In this document: one piece after another, positions 26,056 through 36,700 of the stretch
Numbering within the stretch: position 1 is the stretch's first letter
Layout: each line of letters begins with the position of its first letter
NCBI GenBank assembly: GCA_904063045.1
Contig: CAJFCJ010000012.1
Location: 310,001-374,000, forward strand
Direction of reading: 5' to 3'
Length of the DNA: 64,000 nt
Origin: Dimorphilus gyrociliatus
Taxonomy: Eukaryota; Animalia; Annelida
The notes under the pieces: model-generated
The model's input: only the letters and a program-made list of their open reading frames with translations
Told to the model about the DNA's origin: nothing
The model's database searches: none
Program-made: the position numbers and the translations under genes

Positions 26056-29000
26056 ATGAATCAATTGATTGGAGTAATAAAAAAATTTTCACCGGTTGTT
26101 TCTTTAAACGAGGAAAAATTTGAAGAATTTTCAGGATTACTAAAAGAAAATGACATCACAACAAAATGGTCCTTAAAAGAGATAGAAGAATATGTTAATA
26201 CATTAAAAATTGAATTTTGCAATGATAAATGTCCCGCAATTAACACAGTCGGTGAAAGGGCGATAAAAGAGAGTTTTGAAATTTTTTCGAATCAAGTATA
26301 CAGGTTTGTAAAAGAAGTTTACTCTTAAGCCATAGTAAATTTATATTTCTTAAATAGCTACTATGCTCTTAAAAGTGGAGAAGATGAAGAATGTTTCTTT
26401 GTTTATGAAAAATTTTTTGATTTGATGTTCACTGCAATGGAAGGAAATTATATATCATCAGGGAATGAGTCCTGCTTTGACAAAATATTTTACCAAGTTC
26501 CCGGAGTTATACGTTTTACTAAAGTCAGTAAAAGCGTTATTCCGTTAAGAATAATATTGAATATTCTATTATACAGTATATATACTGTATATATATATAT
26601 ATATATATATATGATTTTAATAGAATATGAACGAAAATCACGTAAAGAGATTCATTAAAAGTTTAACTAGAAAATTTGAGCCACGACCTCAAGAAACTGA
26701 TGAGAGCAAATGGAAAAAAACAATAAAACGTTGGCCTAGTGAAATTATTTATCATCTTAAGTAAGTCACTTGAAAATTAGATTGAATGATGGCTGAATCT
26801 AAATTTGTATTGTAAACTTTTCTATTCAAGAAAAGAAGGCCTTCTTCAGTCAAGGAAAGAAATAATTATATATATCAATTTCTGGCTTGAATTAAGTCAG
26901 CAGTATAAAGGTTCTTCGAGTGATAATCTTATGATTTATGTGTGTCATGAAATGCTTTCGTTTGCTGCATCAATGGTTAGAGATATGGGAGGTTCTACTT
27001 TATTTGAGGTAAAAACTATTCAAAATTATTCACTTACCATTTATATAATATAAATTATAATTTCATTGAAGGAAGGTTCCACCGACGATGTTGAAAATTT
27101 GCTGCGTACTTACCATACAATTTTCTTCATGGAGGATTTTCCTCGAAATGAATGTGCAGTTGACGCTTGGAGAGACATTATTGTCGAAAGTCTTCAAGTA
27201 GCTATAAAGTGAGTATCAAGCACATAAAATTTGTTCCAGATTTTATTAGTGCCTCTTTTTTTCTGATAGAGATAATAACAAACTGACAGCTATTACTTAT
27301 GATTTTACTTCAAAGGTGTTGTTTTTTGGTAATGATCACGAAACACCCAGATCACTTTCAGATTTAGCAAAAGCCTTGTGTAAAAAGTATATGGAAATAG
27401 ACGTGAGTTAAAAAATAGACATTCAAAGAGTTCATTAAAAAAGTTTTCTTAACATTTTAGTTTGAATCTGTAGGAATGAAGAGCCATTTGGATATCTTCA
27501 TTGAAGAAGTAAAAATGATGAAAGAAGATGAACATGTCTATAGACAATTTGAACATAAAGAGGAAATATTTTTAAATCATTTGGTTCCAAAGTTTCAGTC
27601 AGTATTGCCCTTATACATCAAACGCGTAAAGAAATGTAATGGGTGTACACTTTCAGGGATAATGTAGATAAATTAAAAGAGTTACTTGTCGTAATCATAA
27701 AGAATCCATTGTGGAGAATTGCTTGTGAATACTTTGAAGGTGCAAATGACAAAAAAAAATTAGTGAATTTAAAGAAGAATCCTGAAATCTTCAATTTAAT
27801 GTTCAGTACCATGGACAATCCAGATATACCTTATAATACCGATACACTAGATGCTTTTAAACGTATAGGATATACATTATATGACATAATGGAGTAAGTT
27901 ATTGTAAGAACTTTGTTTACATATAAAACACGAATAAAACTTGAACAGAAAACAAAAAGTTTTCAAGAAAATGACCAGTCTAGTTTACGATGTCATTGAA
28001 AGTGCGTTCAAATATACTAAACATCCTATTCATAGTGCGATATGGCGGTTTTCTATAGCAGTTGATTGGAAGGTAAGAAATGATTATAATATTAAAACTA
28101 CCATTAGTAATTTCTATATTCTGTGTTGGATATAAAAAGGATGAATTACCAAGGTTTAATAATATACTTGTGAGAATTAAATCGATATTGGAAAAGGATC
28201 AAAACATAGTAAAGAAATTCGACATTCTTGTTGAAGTAGTGGATTTTTTCTTTCAAAAATTTAGCTATGTCTATACGTAAGATGGATAAGATGTTCTTTC
28301 GCAATTCTTTACCTGATTTAATTGTCTTTTGCAGAAATGATAAAAGAGTATTGGAATTAAAAGATAACATGGCAGATCTTTACAACTACTGTTACACTTT
28401 ACCATGGACGATAGATGAGGACGATGAAAGACTTCGAGATTCAGACATTTCAGATGAAGAATCTCTAACACTAGCCGGCTACTTTCTTTTCGTCGCTACA
28501 AAATATTTTTATATTCCAGTAAGAGCAATTACATAAAACTCAATATGTTTTAAGTTTGCATTAAACAGAATAACAACATTACCGAGCTAGTAATACCTAT
28601 TGTTCAAACTGCCAAAAATCTACGGAAACAGGAAGATAATGATCTGTTACAGGTGATCAGAATAACTTCTTCAATTATAATATTTACTGTAAAAATATTT
28701 CTTTTATCAGGGACAAGCCGATAAACTATTAAAAGAATTAACAGACACGGCAGACATTCTTGGTGATGATACAGGAAAAGAAATAATCGATGAATTCCTC
28801 CAAACAGAAGATAATACTTTATTAAGTAAAGTTTAATCCATCGAAAATTTATATAGGAAGTTAACAGTATATTTCTTTTTAATAATAGCAAAAGTAATTC
28901 TTATGTATCCCCAATTTACCGATTACATCCATGAAAAACTACCAACAATTTTGGAAATTTCAAAAAGAGGAAATTTAGGGATTGAGATGAATTTTTTAAG

Positions 29001-31221
29001 TTTGCTCAATCAGGTTGCCTCAAAAAATCCTCAAGTATTTAATCAGGATACTTTTGACTATCTCATTGATCAACTGGAGGGGACAAAAGTGACTCAATGC
29101 TATTTAATCTTTCAATCCCTGACTACAAAACAGAATCAGCTGTTCCAAAAGCACGACAAACGATTTGCAGAATTAGTGCAAAATGACAGTTCAGGTTTGT
29201 CATACTGCAATATTTTACCTGAAATAGCAAATTCTCTGGAAAAAGCACAGTACTTTACAAAAGTTCTCTGGGAAAAACTTCAAAGCGAAAGTGGAATTAA
29301 CCGTGCAACGGTAATATATGCCTTACGAAACATGGCTCTTAGGTTCAAAGAACCTGTATTAGTTTATAAAAGCCATCTCACAAAAATGAAAGACGACGTT
29401 CAAATAAAAGACTCGGTAACTGCACTTCTTGATACTTTGGAAGGAAGGTCATTAGAAACTGTCGCAATAGACGTGGAGGAACAGAGAGAAGATATTGATA
29501 ATTTAGATTCCAGAGTTACGAATAATGAAGATAAAATTGAAAATCTTGATAATGATGTCAGAGAAACTAAAGAAGACGTCGCCAATGTTAAACAAGATGT
29601 CAAAGAAACTAAGGAACGCATTGATCAAATTGAATATACAATCAAAGGACTCGATGAAAGAGTTGAAGAACTCAGTCATATGACTCTTTCACATGCTCCC
29701 GCTTGGACTCGTCATGTTTCCGAATTAATGAATGATCAAACCGATCACGATTGGAGACTCTTAGCTATGAAACTCAATTATACAAACGACGATATACGAA
29801 ATTGGGCTACTCAACCAGATCCTTGTCTATCGATGTTTGATGAATGGTTTGCTACTCACAAAACAAGAGAAGCTACAAACGCCATTTTAACTAATCTGAA
29901 AGAAATGAACAGATTAGACGCTGCTGAAATTGTGGAAAGTGCACTTGCAAATGTGAAAGATGTTGTTCAAGATGACGAAGATGAAGAGTTTGAGAAACCA
30001 GAAGTGTTTCTCAGCTATCAATGGGGACATCAACAAGAAGTGAAACTTCTGCGTAAACACTTGGAGATGGCCGGATTCAAGGCATGGATGGACATTGGCC
30101 AAATGGGTGGAGGTGACAAATTATACGCCAAAATCGATGATGGTGTTCGTTCAGCCAAAGTGATTATCAGTTGTGTAAGTGAGAAATATGCAAAATCCGC
30201 AAATTGCTGTAGAGAAGTTAACTTGTCAACAAATCTTGGAAAACCAATGATACCAATACTCATGGAACAATTATCGTGGCCTCCTGCAGGTCCGATGGGA
30301 CCAATCATGTCTGAATATTTGTATATTAGGTTCTTCAAGTCTGGTGGAATGGAAAAAGGCGACTCTGTATTTTGGTTGCCAGCAAAATTTCAAGAACTTC
30401 TCATGCAAGTTCGATACTTCGTCGTACCAGATATGAAACTCATTACGAATGATTCTCCTTATAAAGGATGGATGAATCCACCGGAAGAAGAAATCATCAT
30501 TCCGAAACGAGAACAAAAGGCCATTGAATCAAGCAATGGGAAATCGGAAGAGAACACGGAACAAGAAGTTTCGCCAGATGTCTTTATATCTTATCAATGG
30601 GGAAAACAACCACAAATTAAACGTCTATATAAAAAGCTTAGTGAAATGGGCTATTACTGTTGGTTAGATATCATGCAGATGGGAGGAGGAGATTCTCTTT
30701 TTGATAAAATTGATAAGGGAATCAGAGGAGCAAAAGTGATAATATCATGTGTTACTCCAAAGTATGCATTGAGTGCGAATTGTCGAAGAGAAGTTTCATT
30801 ATCAGGAGCATTGAGTAAGCCAATTGTTCCTTTATTATTAGAAGACATGAAATGGCCACCAGAAGGACCAATGTCGATGACATTTACGGAGCTTTTATAC
30901 ATTGGATTTCACAGAAAGAAAGACGATAAGTTGTGGGAGGGTGATGAATTTAATCAATTAATTTCAAAAATTGACCTGAATGCATCAGGATGTCGAATGA
31001 TTTCGGAGGCAGCGGAGACTAATGAAAGTAGTAAAAAAGCTGAAGATAATGAAGAGGCCGCTCGTAAAAGAAAATTGGAAGAGGAAAATAAGCAAAAAGA
31101 GTTGGAGAAGGAAAATGCGAAAAGAATTGAAGAAGAAAGAAGAAAGGAGGCTGAAGAAATGAAAGAAAAAAATACTGATCAGTCACCAAAAAAGAAGTCA
31201 TCGTTATGTGTTTTATTGTAG
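26056..31221 (+). CDS. Array copy 1: helical N-terminal region - coiled coil - Death - TIR - TIR - charged tail - CaaX (CVLL); 14 exons, 1449 aa
   Basis: Exons traced with consistent phases: 26056-26303, 26358-26523, 26624-26760, 26831-27008, 27072-27208, 27270-27402, 27461-27597, 27657-27893, 27949-28072, 28140-28276, 28335-28518, 28569-28652, 28711-28825, 28889-31221 (total 4350 nt). Death domain ~29701-29946 (DWRLLAMKLNY...W...AT...L..MNRLDAA). TIR1 from 30004 (VFLSYQW...SANCCRE), TIR2 from 30580 (VFISYQW...SANCRRE). Confidence 0.88.
26589..26612. repeat. (AT)n microsatellite in intron 2 of array copy 1
   Basis: Read directly from the sequence. Confidence 0.9.
29485..30993 (+). repeat. 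1,509-bp near-identical coding repeat, copy 1 of 4 (coiled coil-Death-TIR-TIR)
   Basis: Constant offsets of +7769, +13611 and +19465 to the other copies. Sense and antisense translations are essentially identical; only about 6 variable sites were seen by eye. Confidence 0.97.
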
Positions 31222-31545
31222 TTAGAAAACTTTTATGAAAAGAATTTTAATTTTCATAGTGCGATTTTCGTTAATGTTTTATAATTAATAGAAAAGAGAA
31301 ATATGCGATTATTAAATTTAATTAATCAAATATAGAAATATGATTTTATGAATATTTGAAATATTTGTGCGAGAAACGCTGGAAATGAAGTAATTGAGGT
31401 TGAAAATGATTTTGATTTGAAAACTACCATTGATGAATAAATGGTTTGTTGGTCACAATAGTAGCGAGTGGGCATGATCACTAATGATCGTCCTTGACCA
31501 GTATAGCTGGAAGAAAGATATCTTCATTTTGTAGATGAGATAGTT

Positions 31546-31904
31546 TTTTAATGAAAATGTAGATAAGATATTTCATAGATATGTACTGATATCGATTATG
31601 TTACTGTTTGTTTAAATAATTATATACAGTATATACTATCTTTGTTTTTTAACTTCCTGGTGAACATTTTGAATTAATATGAAAAAGGAATTTTTATTTT
31701 TTAATCTTCTGCTAATTTTTTTGAGATAAATGTTTAATGAAAATGTAGATAAGATATTTCATAGATATGTACTGATATTGACTATGTTACTTTTTGTTTA
31801 CATAGTTATATACAGTATATACTATCTTTACTTTTTAACTTCCTGGTGAACATTTTGAATTAGTATGAAAAAGAATTTTTATTTTTGAGTGTTCTGCTAA
31901 TTTT
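31546..31904. repeat. Two-unit tandem direct repeat, period ~186 bp, in the copy 1-copy 2 spacer
   Basis: ATGAAAATGTAGATAAGATATTTCATAGATATGTACTGATA... starts at 31551 and 31737. Both units share AACTTCCTGGTGAACATTTTGAATT and TTCTGCTAATTTT, with scattered substitutions. Confidence 0.9.
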
Positions 31905-33645
31905 ATGAGTAGAGTGAATTCTGTACTTGAGTAATGTTTATAATTGATTGCAATATAAGCAAAAGTGTGAAATTGATTGAATTGTTTGTTCAATTATTAA
32001 GAAAACGCAGAAAATTCTAATTTTTATTATTTATACACTTCGTATTGTTAAATTTCTTAGTAATATTGAAAAAAGCTATCAATGTTTAAGAATTATATGA
32101 AATGTTTATTTTGCGGTTACGTATTGTGTGTAATTAATGAATGTACTTACAAATTTTATAATTAGTTTTTGCCCCAACATGTAACAGTTTTATAGAGGTA
32201 ACTGTTTTATTTATTGATACATAACAGAGAATTGTTCTAATTGATATGTATTCTTTTATTACTTTCGTTTAATATTTTCCACTCCTTTAGTTGACATAGT
32301 TTGAAAGGCATCTAAGTTTATGTAATTATTGTTGATAGCTAAACATAAATATAACTAATTTTGTTAAAGAAAATGATAAATATCTAAAAAAAAATGTTGA
32401 TAATTATTCTTCTAACTATAGTATAAAAATATATTGGACTATTTTATTCAATTGGTATCAAAGTTCCTACTGTGTGTTACTTTATACAATTTTCAATATA
32501 TTACTTTGGTTTAAAGCCTATCTGGAATTGAATTGGGATTTGTTTTACTTTTCTTTTTGCTTGAGGACTTCGAATGATTCAGAGTCATTAGAAACAAGCT
32601 TTGAAAAGAAAAACCGCCAGACTAGTGAATTTGTTTGGCTGACTTAGAGATTTTAAAAATTACAAGATAAGCTTAATTTTCTCAATAGGTTAGAGTTTTT
32701 GATAAGGTTTCTTTAAATTTGTTAATTGACTCTGTATTGATACAAATCTTACTGGTGAGTGTTTATGGAAAATATTGATTTGTGTTGATTTATTCCTCTA
32801 AGGACTACATGAAAAATTTATTGACGAAATCTAGTGTAGAATATAATATATTAGTCATTTGCAAGAGATTCAGTTATTGAATGCTAAAACCTTATTTTTA
32901 AGTTACCTTATTTTCCCACTATTTATTTGAATAGTGGCAGAAAGGCCTTTATGATCTGATTTCTGTACAATCCCTTTATTTGATGTTCAAATACTTTTCC
33001 TAAAATAGAGCAAACTATAAAAAGACATGTGGAAAATATTAAATACAAGTTAATAAGAGTGTTAAATTGAGTCCGTTGTCATTTATAATCAGGTAACCAG
33101 TTTAAGATTCAAAAAGATGGAGTTATAAAAAATTTATGTTATTTGTATTACAACTCTAAATATAAGATATAAACAATAAAATCAATTCTATAACATTTAT
33201 ACTGATATAAAATAGTAACCTACGTCTTAAACTATAAAATGAACAGTTTGATATTATCTCAAACAAATCTCCAAGTATATTTTGCGCAGCAATTGTTATT
33301 TCTGCTATGTAGGTTTAGGAAAAGTTTGTATAATTCTAAAAAAATGCTCTTGACTGCTTTAATTTAACATTTACATAGTTACATAGTTGTAATACCGATA
33401 CGTTAGTACTTAACATTGGTTAAGCATGTTTATAACGTATCAGGAATAAGAGTTTGTTCCTAACGCTCTTATACCATACTTATTTGTGTTCAAAGAAATG
33501 AAAACACTAAGCTGTTGATAGTTGTGAAAAAAGTGAATTTTAGCTTGGTGATAAAAAAAAATAATGTGATAAGACTCTTTTGCAATATTAATAACTCCAT
33601 GTAGATAAAACCAGTACTATTGATTCGTTTCGCACTTATTTATAA

Positions 33646-33692
33646 ATTGCTAGGTTACACTTGACGGTGTCAGTTCAGCAAATTTTTCCTTA
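33646..33692 (+). promoter_or_regulatory. Conserved upstream block of array copy 2 (X-box-like + TGACG + TCAGCA-AT-rich)
   Basis: ATTGCTAGGTTACACTTGACGGTGTCAGTTCAGCAAATTTTTCCTTA aligns with the block upstream of copy 3; ~100-145 bp before the ATG. Confidence 0.5.
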
Positions 33693-33790
33693 TTCTAGAA
33701 AATATTCTGTAGTTTATTATCAACTGCGTATTTTGGTAGAAGCCTTAGACAATAATAATTAATACCAGTCTACTCTTGTAGATTTTTGCT

Positions 33791-36700
33791 ATGGACAAGG
33801 GAATAAAATTAATAAAGAAATATTCTCCGCTTGCTCAAATAACAGAAGAAAAGCAAGCGAAATTTGAAGATGAACTCTATGACGTATCGACCGAAAATAA
33901 GCCAAGCATTAAAGATTTACTCTCTTATGGAAACGTTCTTAAACCGGAATTATTGAATGAAAAAGGTTCGAGTGGCAGCTCTCCTGGAGAGTCTGCAATC
34001 AATGAAGCATTTCGTCATTTATCAAATGTTATCTCTGAGTTAGTATACTTATGAACAAATTATTTTTCATTTTTCAACTAATGAAAAGTAAAAAAAATAG
34101 ATATTTTACATAAGAATAAATGATAAAAGGGGTGAATCTAACATTTTTTTTTCTTTCCGACTTTTTAGACATTATAGCAATGATGAATCGAATTTGGAAC
34201 ACTTGAAACCTCTTTATAAAGATTTAATGAATCTTATAACAACTGCTTATGAAGGAAACTATGTAACGTCTGGAAATTGTGACGCAATTAGAACCATACT
34301 TCAATTTGACTATTATAGTGACTATATTGAGGTTAGCAACAGTTTTTGTTTAAAGAAAACAAATAAGATAAACTGATTTTAACTTTTTAGAAAGAAGTAA
34401 CAGTAGATGATATTAGACGTTTGATGAGAGGAATTTGTCGTGACTTCAAACCTAGGGAAAATGACACAACCTTGACTACATGGAAAAACGATGTATACTA
34501 TCCTTTGGGTGAGATCATCGGCTGTGTAAAGTACGTAGAGATTATCTGACTAGCTATTCTACAAGAAAGTTTTATTGATATTAAAATTTCAGATTCGAAG
34601 TGCTTAGAAAGTGTAAAGCTGAAATAATTCACGGATTACTATTTTGGGCAGAGACAGGTATGAAGTATAAGGAAGATGACGACTCTGTTGAACATTTTAT
34701 ACAGTTTACGAATCTTATGAGTAGTGTTTTCGAAACTGCTTGCAATTCAATGCTTGATGATGAGAAGGGAGCACTTTTATTTATGGTAAATTTCATATGC
34801 ATTAATGATATATCAATAATCTTGTTCTAATGTACATAGGACATTGATGACAAAACATTCGATTCATTTTTATCAAGAGCAGACAAAATACTCTCAAATA
34901 AAGACTTTCCTCCAAATCGTTATCCCGAAGATAACATGCAACTTCTTGTACAAAATTGCCTTACAAGCTTTATCCAGTAAGATAAATACTTGAAAGATAG
35001 GTTACGATTGATAGTATATCTTATAATTTTTTTCCTTTTAGAGAAAGTAATGATTCAAAGATGTTAGGAAAAGTCTATGGTTTATACAATAAATTTGCTT
35101 CGTCAAGCAATGGAAAAGCTTTTGATATAGTAGAAGATATGAAGACGACGTTTCAAGAAAAGCTATCATTAATTGATGTAATCTATCATGTGTTTGAATT
35201 ACATATATTAACACAGTATAAATGTATATGCTGTATATATGTATAACAGTTTGAAGCTATTGGAATGAAAAGTGCCCTTGACCAATTCTTAGACGATTTA
35301 CGAGCAATAGAAAATGAAAATCAAGTCTCTCTTGTACGGGATAAGTACGAAAAGAGTTACGCGAAGGAGTATCTTCCGAAATTAAAGTTTGTCAATTTTA
35401 ATGAAGAATATGAGCTATTTTATCATTTGAGTTTTTAATTTTACACAGGAAAGATATTAACAAATTGAAGGAATTTATTCAAATTTTGATAGAAAATCCC
35501 TATTATGGCATATGCAGGGAATATTTTGACGACCATGTTACACAAAAGAAACTATTCACTTTTAAAGAAAATCCGGAAATACTTAATTTCATTTTTGATT
35601 TAATGTATAAATCAAAGTATGAATATAATGAAAGATTTAAGAGTGCTTATGATATAATAGGCCAAAGTTGTGTCCAGTTACTTGAGTAAGTGTATAAACG
35701 AATTCATTTGCAAAATTAAAACAAATATCTTTAACAGAAAGGAAAAATTATTGACAAAACGGAAAAAAGATCTATTAGATATTTTGGAACGATGCTTCGA
35801 AGTACCCAAACACCCTTATCATTCTGCTTGCAGCAATCTACTGTACCATGTCGAATGGAAAGTGAGCATTATAGAATAAAATTAATATAAAATATGTAAA
35901 AGAATTATAATTATAGGGAGAGATCGAGAGATATTCTAGAATTGTTAAAAAGCTGAGAGTTCATGTGGAAAAAGAGAATTCATATATAGAAAAGGATGAT
36001 GTTATAGTTCGTATAACTTCACAAGTAACTGAATATGTTAACTATCACAATGGGTATATATGAAAATTCAATCTGTTTTAAATTTAATTTAATGTTTTCT
36101 CAAAGAAAAAATAAAAAATTTATTGAATACGCTGACTCGTTTGCTGATCTTTTTAAATACTGCGTTAAGTTATCGTGGCTTTACGATTCTGATGATAAGA
36201 TTGTTAATGATAGAGATTTGGATGAGGATGAGAGGAGAACGCTCGCTGGAACAATTCTCATTAAACTTATGACCAATATCTACGAACCGGTAAAATAAAG
36301 AGTCTAGTTGATTGTATAATTAATAACACTAATATCAATAACTTAGAATAACGACTTCAATGATTTTGTACAACCAATTGTCGAAACGTTAAAGAAGCTG
36401 AAAAAACAAGACGACGATGAACAGATACAAGTAAGATAGTAACTACTGACTTAAGGTATTTGAAGAATTTCTCTTATATAAAGGAGTGTGCCAAGAACTT
36501 AGTAAGTGAACTAACTGATCAAATGGAACTTCTTGGTGATGAAGCAGGAGAAGATATAATTGAAGAGTTTTTGAATGATCGTGAGATATCTCAATTAGGT
36601 AGCCGTCTATTTTAAATATTTTACTGATATACTTTAAGGTTTCTATAAACAATTCAGATCGAATAGCCAGCATGTATCCATCCTGTCAAGTCAAGATACA

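Noticed and set aside
26571-26590. Perfect 20-bp palindrome ATACAGTATATATACTGTAT, and the recurring TATACAGTATA motif elsewhere
   Set aside because: Low-complexity AT-rich sequence next to an (AT)n tract, with no evidence of function.
30475-30575. TRAF-binding-like motifs (PPEE, TEQE) in the TIR1-TIR2 linker
   Set aside because: Four-residue motifs in an acidic linker are expected by chance, and there is no independent support.
32490-33060. LINE-like peptide snippets (LWFKAYLE, DMWKILNT) in the copy 1-2 spacer
   Set aside because: Too short and discontinuous to support a call without a profile search.
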